From a virus (taxonomy: Duplodnaviria; Caudoviricetes): 64,000 nt of DNA. This document shows, piece after piece, positions 27,906-39,000 of the stretch; position 1 is the stretch's first letter, and every line of letters begins with the position of its first letter. The notes below the pieces were generated by a model. It saw only the letters and a program-made list of their open reading frames with translations. It did not search any database and was not told the origin of the DNA. A program made the translations under genes and the position numbers. The stretch spans positions 605 to 64,604 of the IMG/VR virus record IMGVR_UViG_3300028025_001913; one strand, written 5' to 3'.

Positions 27906-29528
27906 ATGAGTTTACACGCAGCTGCTAAACATATGGCTACTAAAGGACGTGGGTCCGATAGTATGCTGGTGCACATGACTCCAAAAGAAGTAAATGGATT
28001 GCAAGCGCTTGCTAAAGCTAGTGGTGGCTCGTTGACTATTAACCCTGATACTGGCTTAGTTGAAGCTGGGTTTTTATCTGATATTCTTCCTGTTATTGCC
28101 GCTGCTGGATTAACATATTTGACTGCTGGAGCCGCTGCCCCTGCTCTTGCTGGCGCTTTAGGTACTGCTGGTATGGGTGCCGCCGCCGCTACAACAGCTG
28201 GTGGTATCTTAGCAGGCGCTGGTTCTGGTGCTTTAATTAATGGCGGTATGGCTGCTTTGCAAGGTAAAGATGTTGGTAAAGCTGCATTGTCTGGTGGAAT
28301 TGGTGGTGCTATATCTGGTGGTCTCGGTGCTTACGGAGATGCTAACGTATTTGGAGTTGGTGCTCCAACCCCTCCAACAGGCGAACTTGCTGGTGTAGGA
28401 AGTGCTGCTGTACCAGACTATAGCAGCGCTTTATACCAAAATCCACCCACTGCGGCTGCAATACCGCCTGTTGCGGCACCACCGGTACCAACACCAAACG
28501 CAGCGCAGTTGGTAGATAGTAGTATTTATGGTGGACAGGGCATGTCTCCCACCGATGCATTGACACAAAATGTTGGGCAAGCAGCACAACCCGCAATACC
28601 TAATGCCGTTAGTGCTGTTCCAAAACTAGACCCTTATGAAGTTGAAGGGTTGTCCGGAATGGCTAGAGATACCAATACTGCTTTAAATCCGGGCGGTATG
28701 ACAAAACCCGGAGTTCTATCAGGCAACTATTACCAAGGTCTTGGCGAGGGTGGTGTAGACACAGCAAAAAAACTAGGTATTCAAGCATTACCTGTTATGT
28801 CTATGTTAGATGAACAACAAAGTCTTGTACCTACCGCAGAAGACCCTAGTAGATTAAAGCGTATATCTCCTAACTTCCGAGCACAAGAAGCAGTAAAACC
28901 AGACCCTTATTACAGAGCAAAATATGCGGCAGGTGGCGGTTTAATGGACCTACGCCCTCAAACAAACTTTGCTAATCCCGCAGCTTCTGAAATGGGCACT
29001 TCGCAGTATTCTATGGCTACAGACCCAATGAGCGGAAACATTGCACAACGCATGGCGGTGGGCGGAAGTACGACTAAAAAGAAAAGAGCAACATTAACTT
29101 CTGACAGAAGTTTAGCGGCAATGGACCCATATGAAGCTGGGCTTGCAAATCTTAATAACGCTCGTTATGGCGCAAACATGGCTGGTATTAGTAGCCCAAC
29201 TGCAATGACTAGACTTGGTGAAATACCCACTGCGGCTGGTGGCGGTTTATCCCATTTAGGAAGTTATTCGGATGGTGGGCGTATGCTTAAAGGTCCGGGC
29301 GATGGTATGAGCGACAATATTCCAGCTATGATTGGTAAGAAACAACCTGCTCGTTTAGCTGACGGTGAATTTGTTGTACCCGCAGATGTAGTTAGTCATT
29401 TAGGTAATGGTTCTACCGATGCTGGAGCCAAGAGGTTATACGCTATGATGGACAAAGTAAGGCGTGCAAGAACAGGTAAAAAGAAGCAAGCTCCTGCGGT
29501 TAATACTGGCAGGTTAATGCCAGCATGA
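27906..29528 (+). CDS. internal virion (ejection) protein
   Basis: GRGSDSMLVH, TINPDTGLVE, GPGDGMSDNIPA, LADGEFVVPADVV. Confidence 0.65.
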   Translation: MSLHAAAKHMATKGRGSDSMLVHMTPKEVNGLQALAKASGGSLTINPDTGLVEAGFLSDILPVIAAAGLTYLTAGAAAPALAGALGTAGMGAAAATTAGGILAGAGSGALINGGMAALQGKDVGKAALSGGIGGAISGGLGAYGDANVFGVGAPTPPTGELAGVGSAAVPDYSSALYQNPPTAAAIPPVAAPPVPTPNAAQLVDSSIYGGQGMSPTDALTQNVGQAAQPAIPNAVSAVPKLDPYEVEGLSGMARDTNTALNPGGMTKPGVLSGNYYQGLGEGGVDTAKKLGIQALPVMSMLDEQQSLVPTAEDPSRLKRISPNFRAQEAVKPDPYYRAKYAAGGGLMDLRPQTNFANPAASEMGTSQYSMATDPMSGNIAQRMAVGGSTTKKKRATLTSDRSLAAMDPYEAGLANLNNARYGANMAGISSPTAMTRLGEIPTAAGGGLSHLGSYSDGGRMLKGPGDGMSDNIPAMIGKKQPARLADGEFVVPADVVSHLGNGSTDAGAKRLYAMMDKVRRARTGKKKQAPAVNTGRLMPA

Positions 29529-29941
29529 CGTTAAGTGTAAGGGTTATCCCTAGTAATAGTGTTAGCCAAAACTGGCATTTAGTTGAGGCGTTTATTAAAA
29601 GTGCGGAAGAAAAGTTTGGTGGGGCTGAGTATACAACTGAACAGATTAAAGTTTACTTAGTACAAGGGCAGTGGATGTTGTTGGTAGCAGTTGATGAAAG
29701 TAACGAAATACACGGCGCAGCTACCGCATCATTTATTAATTACCCTAATGATAGAGTTGCATTTGTAACTGCTGTTGGTGGAAAATTAATGATAAACCCA
29801 GAAACTGTTTTGCAGATGTGTGAAATATTTAAAGCTAACGGCGCTACCAAAGTTCAAGGTGTAGCAAAAGAATCGGTAGCAAGGTTATGGAAACGGTTTG
29901 GCTTTGAAGAGAAAGCAATTTTAGTGGAAACTAAACTATGA
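29525..29941 (+). CDS. GNAT-like protein
   Basis: size and pattern ...GVAKESVARLWKRFGFEE; lies among internal virion genes. Confidence 0.45.
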   Translation: MTLSVRVIPSNSVSQNWHLVEAFIKSAEEKFGGAEYTTEQIKVYLVQGQWMLLVAVDESNEIHGAATASFINYPNDRVAFVTAVGGKLMINPETVLQMCEIFKANGATKVQGVAKESVARLWKRFGFEEKAILVETKL

Positions 29942-31479
29942 ATATGTTAAAACTTTTTACGTGGTTACTAGTAGACCAATTTAAACTCAGCTTTGGTGGC
30001 GGAGGTGGGGGCGGTCCGCAAACTTCTACAACCAATACAGCTAACGTACCTGAATACGCTAGACCGTATGTAGAGAACATGTTGGGGTCTGCACAGACGC
30101 AGATTTATAACGATGACATGACGACTTTTCGTCCGTATACACCATTTAGCAAAGACCCTAACGACTATACGGCAAGTTATTCGCCTTTACAACAAAACGC
30201 ACAACAAGGTGCTGCTAATTTACAAACTCCAAGTCAATTTGGTGCAGCTACTAATTTAACAGGTCAAGCAGCGTTAGGTTCTTTAGGTGCAGCCGACCAA
30301 TCAACTGGTTTACAACAACAAGCGTTGGGTTACGGCAATGCTGGCGCTTTATATGGTGGGGCTGGAGCTGAATACGGCGCACAAGGTTCACAACAAGCTG
30401 CACAAGCAGCTCAACAAGCGGCACTAGGCGCAGGACAATACGGTGCTCAAGGCAATAGAGCTGCTGGACAAGCGGCTGGTTTATCTAGTTTATACGGTAA
30501 TTTAGGTTCACAAGCTGGGCAACAGGCTTCGGGTTTATCTAATATGTATGGCGGGTTAGGTGCGCAAACTGGGTTAAGTTATGGTCAACAAGCGCAAGAC
30601 CCCAGCGCAGTTCAAGGGTTTATGAACCCGTATATTCAAGCTTCATTACAGCCACAACTTGCTGAGATGGAACGGCAGTATGGTATTAGTGGCGCACAGC
30701 AACAAAGTCAAGCCGCTAAGTCTGGTGCTTTTGGTGGAAGCCGTGAAGCATTAATGGCTGCGGAGAATCAGCGTAATAAAAATACAGCTATGAATCAAGT
30801 AATTGGTCAAGGCTATAACCAAGCATTTAACAATGCTCAGCAACAAATGGCTCAAGCCGCTCAGCTTGGTATGCAAGGCGCTGGTATGGGGTTACAAGGC
30901 GCTGGACAGGCTGGTTCTCAAGCTATGCAAGGCTACGGCATGGGTTTAACAGGAGCTAATCAAGCTGGTAATTTACGTTTACAAGGTGCTCAAACTGGAC
31001 TTCAAGGAATAGGGCAACAGCTTGCTGCTGGTAATTTAGGTCTTGCCGGTACTGCGCAAGGTATGCAAGGTGCTGGTTTAGGTATGCAAGGTGCGCAAGC
31101 TGGTATGCAAGGCGTTCAAGGTGCGATTGGTGCTGGGCAGTATGGTTTACAAGGTTTAGGTCAAGCTGGGCAAATGGGTAATCAGCTTGCTAATATTGGT
31201 CAGCAACAGCTAGCTGCTCAACAAGGTATTATTAGTACACAGAATCAAATGGGTGCGCAGATGCAAGCTCAAGAACAACAGAAGATTAATCAACAGATTC
31301 AAGATTACGCTACACAACAGCAGTATCCGTTTATGCAGTTGGGTATTATGAACTCGTTGCTACGTGGATTACCACTGCAAACAACCACAACTCAATCGTA
31401 TCAGGCACAACCCGCTTTAGGACAACAAGCTCTTGGTTTAGGACTTGGTGCTTTGGGCGCATCTAAAGCGTTTGCTTAA
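29938..31479 (+). CDS. internal virion / DNA transfer protein
   Basis: Q/G/A-rich; FMNPY and GAFGGSR motifs. Confidence 0.65.
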   Translation: MNMLKLFTWLLVDQFKLSFGGGGGGGPQTSTTNTANVPEYARPYVENMLGSAQTQIYNDDMTTFRPYTPFSKDPNDYTASYSPLQQNAQQGAANLQTPSQFGAATNLTGQAALGSLGAADQSTGLQQQALGYGNAGALYGGAGAEYGAQGSQQAAQAAQQAALGAGQYGAQGNRAAGQAAGLSSLYGNLGSQAGQQASGLSNMYGGLGAQTGLSYGQQAQDPSAVQGFMNPYIQASLQPQLAEMERQYGISGAQQQSQAAKSGAFGGSREALMAAENQRNKNTAMNQVIGQGYNQAFNNAQQQMAQAAQLGMQGAGMGLQGAGQAGSQAMQGYGMGLTGANQAGNLRLQGAQTGLQGIGQQLAAGNLGLAGTAQGMQGAGLGMQGAQAGMQGVQGAIGAGQYGLQGLGQAGQMGNQLANIGQQQLAAQQGIISTQNQMGAQMQAQEQQKINQQIQDYATQQQYPFMQLGIMNSLLRGLPLQTTTTQSYQAQPALGQQALGLGLGALGASKAFA

Positions 31480-31488
31480 GGAAAGAAC

Positions 31489-33063
31489 ATGATTAATCCG
31501 TCTTCAGCCCCTACTTCCCCTAACGCTATGCCAGCAGGTTTAGGAGCGTTAACTCAAATGGGACCAACGCCTAGAGGTAAAAGCCCTAGTAATATGGGTC
31601 AAGTTATGGCACTGGCTCGTAAAATGAGCGACATGCAGTTAGCGGATGTTTTACAAGGTAAAAGTTTAGCTGTTCCACAGTTTGCAGCGATGACCGAAGC
31701 TATGGGGCGCAAGAGCTTGCGCAACGCTATGCAAGGGGCTGAAGCACAAATGCAGGCTAAACAGCCTAGCGTTAAAGATAAATTACTTGCCGAAGAAGCC
31801 GCACAACAACTACCTGAAGCTAGCGGCATAGGTCAAATACCTGCTCCTAATATGGAGTCAATGGGTATGGCTGGTGGCGGTATTATTGCGTTTGATGATG
31901 GTGGCGAAGTCCCTCGTTTTCAAAACAGAGGGGCTGTTAGTTTAGACGAGTTAACTGATGAAGAAATTAGAGCGCTATCAAAACCGGCTATGTTTAACGC
32001 AGAGAAACCTTTTCCTGCATTAAAAAGGCGTGTTGCAAGTGAAAAAGAACGGCAGATGCTTGACCCGTATGGTATGGCAGCTAATGCGCCTAAAGCACCA
32101 CCGGGGGGAGTTCCATTAGTATCAGAACCTGCCGGTGCTGAAGTAGCTGTTCCTCCAGTAGCCCTTAATGCTCCCCCTGTTCCTAATGCTGCCGTTCCTA
32201 ATGCAGCTACTCGTCCTACTGGTGGTGGCGGTGGTTCTCCTGTAGTTGACCCTTTTGCGGCTTTAAATTTTGATACGTCAAAATACGATGAAAAATACAA
32301 AGCGTTATTTGGCGCAGACCCTACGTTTACAAAACGAGATAGTCCTTATTACGGCATGAAATATGAAGGCGAAGACGCTGGCAAAGTAAAAGAACAAGGT
32401 ATTGGTTTTGGTTTAATGAAAGCTGGACAAGCATTACTTAAAAATCCTACGTTTGCTGGTGGTTTGGGCGATGCTATAGGTGCGTTTGGTGACCAAGGCT
32501 GGTTAACTGCTAAAGAAATTAAAGCCGCTAAGAAAGATGAGCGTGACTACAACTTTAATATGGCTAAAGCAAATGAGTTGTTTGAGCAAGGTGAAGGAGA
32601 CAGAGCACTTAAAATTCAAACATTAGCTCAAGCTAAACAAGCAAAAGTAGCAGAACTAGGACTTAGCGCATTAAAGAATGAAATTGAAGGACTCAGCGCA
32701 AAAGATTTAGCTAAATACAGAAAAGACTCTTTAGACGTACAAAGAATGCAAATTAACCAACAAACGCCCGAAATACGCAATGCTTTGTTTGCTTATCAAA
32801 ACCCAAATGTAGCTCCTTTTATGTCTTCTGTTGCTAGAGCGCAAGGTACGTATACAATCGAAAAAGCAGTTGATGATTTTAATAGATTAAAAAAAGAAGC
32901 GGCTGAAAATCCAACACTAGCAAAAGACCTTAAAAGTTTAGGAATAAATTCACCATATGAATATCAACAATACGTACTGCGACAAGGTACAATGGGAAGT
33001 GGCGGTAGTACACCACAAAGCCAAGCGCTTGCTATAGCAAAAGAACGTGGTCTTATTAAATAA
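31489..33063 (+). CDS. internal virion protein
   Basis: MAGGGIIAFDDGG motif; position. Confidence 0.6.
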   Translation: MINPSSAPTSPNAMPAGLGALTQMGPTPRGKSPSNMGQVMALARKMSDMQLADVLQGKSLAVPQFAAMTEAMGRKSLRNAMQGAEAQMQAKQPSVKDKLLAEEAAQQLPEASGIGQIPAPNMESMGMAGGGIIAFDDGGEVPRFQNRGAVSLDELTDEEIRALSKPAMFNAEKPFPALKRRVASEKERQMLDPYGMAANAPKAPPGGVPLVSEPAGAEVAVPPVALNAPPVPNAAVPNAATRPTGGGGGSPVVDPFAALNFDTSKYDEKYKALFGADPTFTKRDSPYYGMKYEGEDAGKVKEQGIGFGLMKAGQALLKNPTFAGGLGDAIGAFGDQGWLTAKEIKAAKKDERDYNFNMAKANELFEQGEGDRALKIQTLAQAKQAKVAELGLSALKNEIEGLSAKDLAKYRKDSLDVQRMQINQQTPEIRNALFAYQNPNVAPFMSSVARAQGTYTIEKAVDDFNRLKKEAAENPTLAKDLKSLGINSPYEYQQYVLRQGTMGSGGSTPQSQALAIAKERGLIK

Positions 33064-33088
33064 TTTAGCTTTTGAGAAAGCCTAAAAC

Positions 33089-36000
33089 ATGGATTTGAGC
33101 AAACTCTCAGACAGTGACATACTTGCGCTAAGTAATAATAATTTAAGGGCTATGTCGGATGCTGGATTAAAACTTCTTGCATCTGATGAAGACAAACCAA
33201 AAGCTAGAAAAGGACTTGGCGCTGCTCTAAGTAAAGGTACAGAAGCTACAGTAGGTGGTTTAGGAACCGGTTTTAAAGGACTTTTTAGTCCCGAAGAAGC
33301 CGCTAAACAAGGTTTAGAACGTAGTAAAGCACTTAACGAAAAATACGAAGAACAAGTTAGTTTAGATAAACTAAAAGAAGCCTACGAGAAACGTGGGTTT
33401 ACTGGTGCAGGCGGCGAATTATTACGTCAAATTCCTTTAGCTATTGCTGAACAAGCGCCTAACATAGCTACTACTGTTGGTGGTGCAAGAATTGGTGCTG
33501 GTTTAGGTTCATTTTTTGGTCCTGTTGGCGCTGGTATCGGTGCTTTAGGCGGTGCAGTTGCCCCTAGTTTATTGCAGATGTTTGGTAGTAACATAGAACG
33601 CCAAGCTGCTACACAAGAAGAAGCTGGTCAACCAATAGATATTAGCCGTGCCCGTGCATTGAGCGCTGCTGTACCGCAAGCTGCGTTGGAAACAGCCGCT
33701 AGTGTTATACCACTAGGTGGTAGAGTTGCTGGCAAAATATTTGGTCCGGAAGTTGAAAAGCTATTGGCTCGTGGTGGTACTAAAGCGGCTGAGAAACTAG
33801 CCCAAGAAAAGTTTGCAACAACAGTAGGTAAAGGTCTAGCTACCGGCGCTATTGCAGAGATACCGACTGAGATTGCACAACAGGTTTTGGAAAGAGCGCA
33901 GGCTGGGCTAGACTTAACAAGTAAAGACGCATTAAAAGAATACGGCGAGACAGCATATCAAGTTGGGTTGTTAGCCCCGATTGGTGCTGGTGGGCGTTTT
34001 ATAGATAAGTCTGGCGCTAAAACTAAAATAGCCGCCGAAAATAAAGAAAAAGAAGCTAAGCTAGCCCAAGAACAACAAGCGCTTAAAGAACAAGAGTTAT
34101 TAGCTAAACAAGCTGAAGAACAGCAACTAGCGCTACAGCAAAGACAACAAGAAACAGGTGATTTATTTGGTGATGCTGCTTTACAGACCGAAGCTACAGG
34201 TAAAAAATTAGTTGAAGGGGCGGTAAGTCCGTTAGCTAACCAACCTGAGTTATTTCAAATAGGCGTAAATGAGAAAAACGAACCAATATATGGCGCTAGA
34301 CAAACTGCTCCCGATACTCGCACAGTAGCAGAACGTGAAACTGAAGCCAACAAACCGCCTGAAATTACACCTCAAGAAATATTTAAACAACATGACTCAC
34401 TTAAAAAATATGTAGATGACTTACAAGATAGGATAGCTAAAGCTGCAACTAACGGCGAAACAGATGTTCTTCCTGATTTAAGTGCGCAGTTATCTAATGC
34501 ACAGAAAGCGTTAGTAGAATCTAACAAGCGTGTTAAACAAACAGCGCCCGTAGAACAGGCTGGTGAATTAAAAACTGCTGAATTAAAAGGTCAATTACGT
34601 AATAAAATTGCTGCGCTTAAAAAAGCAGGCGAGCTTGGCGACTTTACAGCTATTGGTAAAATAAGTAACGAAATTAAAGAAATTCAAACTAAGCTTAAGG
34701 ACTTACCTCAAGGTGAAGATTTAATTGCTCAAGCAGAACGCTTAAAAACAGAAGCCGTAGCTCAACAAGGCGAACAACTACAGCAACAACAAGAAGATTT
34801 GTTTGCTCAGGTAGCTAAACCAGAGCCTAAAAAAGAACAGGCAAACCAAGAAGTTTTAGACCGTTATCAAAAAGGCGTACAAGATATTGAAGATGCGTAT
34901 GCTGCTGGCGCAACTGAAAGAACTATTAATAATTTAATAGACGAGCTACGTAAAACTGCTGTTGAAAAAGAAGCAAGTAAAGCCAGCATTGTATCGGGCG
35001 AAACAGTAGAACAACAAGCACAACGGGTTGATAGAGTAAACAAAGCTCTTGAAGCAGAAAAAGTTAGATACAACGAAGCTAAATCCGATGAAGAAAGAGC
35101 CGATGCGCTTAAAAATATAGGCGTTTTACAAGATAGGTTAGCTACTGCTGAAACTGAACGTGCGCAGGGTAGACCCGAAGTTGCTGAGAAAGACGCATTT
35201 ACCCGACAAGAAGAAGCTAAACTTAATGCTATTGAAACAGTAAGACAGCTTTTAAGTGGCGAATACTTTAATAGTAAAAACGTAGACGTAGCATCGTCTA
35301 TGAAACCCCAGTTAGAAACAAAAATACAAGAAGCTGGTAATGAATATGCTAAAGCAGCTATTGATGAAATTAACGCTGTACGTGCGCAATCTAAACAACA
35401 GTCGCTTTCAACTGATGACGGGTTAAAACTTACAACTGCTATACAAGATATATTTGATAGTATTGCTAGAGACCCTACGTTTTTTGCAAACAGAACTACA
35501 AAACTAAGACAAGACTTAGCAGTATCGGAACAGTCTTTAAAAAATAGCAATTCTCCAGAAATAAAAATTTTATTAAACGCTAAAATTAACGCTATTAAAG
35601 CGCAAATAGAAGACGCAAGTAAAAAGCAACAAGCTAACATAAAGACTTTTGAAGACTCTCTTGAACGTGTTAAAGCAGACTTTTTTAAAGGCGCTAGTAA
35701 AGTACAACGTGGACCAGAAGTATTACGTCAAGAACGCAACCCTATTGAGATGTTGCGTACAGAACAGGCTAAGAAAAAACCTAATCCTAATGTTGTTGCA
35801 GGGTTAAAACGTGAAATTGAAGCTGGTAAAAAAGAAGATGACCGTATAGCAGCTGAAAAAGATAAGCAAGAAAAAATAGCTACGGAACAAAAAACTCCGT
35901 CAGGCGTTAACCCCGACCAGCTTAGTTTATTTGGCGAAAAAGCGCTTGAGCCACTTGCTACCGTTCGTGCTACTCCTGAAAATTTTAGAAAGTTTTTAAG

Positions 36001-39000
36001 TTCAAAAGCTGTATTTAGGCTAAGAGAGTTAATTAAACAAGCTCAAGAAAAAACACAAGAAATTATAGCAAAAGTTAAACAAAAAGAAACGCAGCCAAAC
36101 CAAGGTAAAGTACGTCAGCTAGAAGCGTTACGTTTAAAAATAGAAAACATAAAGCTTGGTCGTCCTCCCGAAGTTTACGTGCCTACCGCTAAAGATAAAA
36201 AGCGGTTACCAGCTGCCCGCATTACTGCAAATATTGAGCGCTCTAAGAAAGAACTTGAAAAATACACTAGTAATTTAAAAAGTTTACAAGAACAAGAAAA
36301 GCAACTTGCAGGGGAAATTCGTGGTAGCGGAGCAGAAATTACTACTTTGTTTGATGACTTGCAAGCGCAGCGTTCTTTTGTTGAAGAACTTTTTAAAGTA
36401 GAAGAAAACGCTAAAAACTTACAAGATAATGCTGCACAGCTATTTAATCAAAGACAAAACTTACTTAAAACAATACAGAATATTAAAGGGGATATGCGAA
36501 GAGCATATCAAGGCATATCTGTAAGTGCCGATATTATTAAAACTAGAAAAGCGTTAAAAAAAGAAAAAAATATTGAGCAAATAAACAGTTTAAATAAATT
36601 TTTAACTTCCTTGTTAGCAAAGAAAGAAGACAAAAATGACACACTTTCAAATTACAGAGCTAGGCTAAAAGAAGCTGAAAGTACGTTAAAGGAATTAGAT
36701 GAGGGCGGTCCAGAAGTTAGAGCTAAAGTTTTAGCAGAAGTAGATAGTCTACACGCTCGAGCAAGACAGTTACTAGACGCAAACGTAACAGAAGAAAAAG
36801 CTTTATTGGATAGGCTAGAAAAAAGATTTGAAAAAACAAAACAACTTTCTCCTGAAAACAAAGAGTTTATTAATAAACTAGAAGAAGAACGTAAAAAAAC
36901 TGGAATTAACGAAATTGCTGCTGAAAATTTATTGGCAAAACGCTCAAAAGAAAGAAGAGAAGCCGAACAAAAAGCAGCAGAAAACTTAGCTAAACTGCCA
37001 AGCATACGTCAAGAAATTATTACAACTAACATTAAAGCTCCCGGTTCTGATGTAAAAGGTACACGTAAACAAATTATTAAAAAAGCGGCAGCTAAAACAA
37101 AAGAAGAAATAGCTGAAGACTTTAAGCAAACGGCTATTGAAGCTGCTCGCCAAATGGCTGAACTTAAAAAGATGCAAAACAACAGCCTTAAGTTAAAAGA
37201 AGTTAAAAAAATTGAGTCACAACTTAAAAAAGATTTAGCTGCTAAAAAAGAAGAAATTCAAAAAGATATTACTAACCTTAGCGCTTTAACAAAAGCACTA
37301 GAAACAACTAAAACGTCTAAAGGTAAAGCCGAGTTACAAACGCAATTAAATACGCTTAATAAAAATATTGAAACTAAACAGCTTGGTAAAGCTGTTGATA
37401 TTATTGAAGGTAATTTAAAACTACTTAAGAGTGTTGGGTCAGATGTTGAAAGAGCGTTAACTGTTTTGGGCAATATGCCTGCTAGAACTGAACGTAAAAA
37501 ACCATTAAAAACTGGCGTTTCTAAAGTTGAAAAAGATTTTGAAGAATCGGGTGCTCTTAAACGCTATGGCGATGAAAAGTACGTAGATTCAGGGTTAGAA
37601 AAAGAACAATACGACAGTATGTTTAACGACATTCGTAACAGAGATGTTGATTTCCGTATTGAAGAAACTGATAAAAACGCTACGCCATTAACTAAAGTTC
37701 AAGTTGTAGACGTTCTTTCTAGAATAAAAATGCCTAAAGGGCTAAATGTTCTTGTACTAAACAAAGTACCTGCTGAATTAAAAGCTCAGTTTGAAGCTAT
37801 GGGGCATGATGCAAGTAAAGTTAAAGGGTGGGTATCCCCTAACGGTACTGTGTTTATTGTTGCTGAAAATCATACAAGTATTCCAGACGTTAACGAAACA
37901 ATTGCGCACGAACTTATTGGGCACCTTGGTGTTGAGGCGTTGCTTGGTGAAAAGGGTATGCGCTCTTTAATATCTAAAATTGTAGACCAAGATGGCGGTA
38001 TAATAGAGTTAGCTAAAAAACTTGGCATAATTCCGGAAGTTTACGGTACATATCATGCCGCTAAAAACCAAGGGCTATCTGAGTTTGAAGCTCAATCTGC
38101 GGCTGTACGTGAACTGCTTGCGCATACTGCTGAAAAAGAACCTAACAAGTCAACGACTCAAAAAGCTAAAGATTTTATTAAGCTAGTTGTTGCATATGTA
38201 CGTGATGGGTTACGTAGACTTGGCGTTAAGCTAGACGTATCTACAAGCGATGTGTACAAAATAATTTACAAAGCACGTAAGAGTTTTGACTCCATTACGC
38301 CCGGAGCGTTTGTTAATACTGACGGCGCTATTAGATTTAATGTAGCTCGCCCTAAAGCTACCCCTGCGTTTGAAGGCGTATTAAACTCTACTAAAGGTAT
38401 TGTTGCAGAACAAAAAAGTTTAAAAGATAAAATTCTTGGTGAGGCTGCGGGTTTAATTTTTGAAACTAAATATATTGATAGATTTGCTCCTGTACAAAAA
38501 GTATTTGAGCATATGAAAGAATCTTTAAGAGCTACGCAAGTAATGTACTTCTTGCGTATGGCAGACCAGCGTATGGCTTTTACGTCTGAAGTATTGTCTA
38601 AAGGACCGCTTGACCTTGTACCGGCTAAAGATGGTAAAGGTTTTATGATTGAAAGCCAAAAAGGAACTAGCTTTATAGACGTAGTTAATGCATTAAAGCC
38701 TGCTAATGTTGGAGATGTTAACGCTACTAACCGTGTATTTACAATGTATTTGCTTGCTAAACGTGCGGCTGACCCTAAAGTAGGCTTAGCTAAACTAAAT
38801 TTCTCAGGCAAAATAACACAAAAAATGCTTGATGATGCAATATCAACAGTTAACAGCGACCCTGCTACTAAGGCTGCGTTTGAAAATGCGGCGGCTATTT
38901 ATGCTAAGTACAACGAAGGGTTAATTAATTTTGTAGTTAAGTCGGGCGCAATTAGTAAAGACATAGCTGACATAATGCTTAAGAACAAAAATTACGTTCC

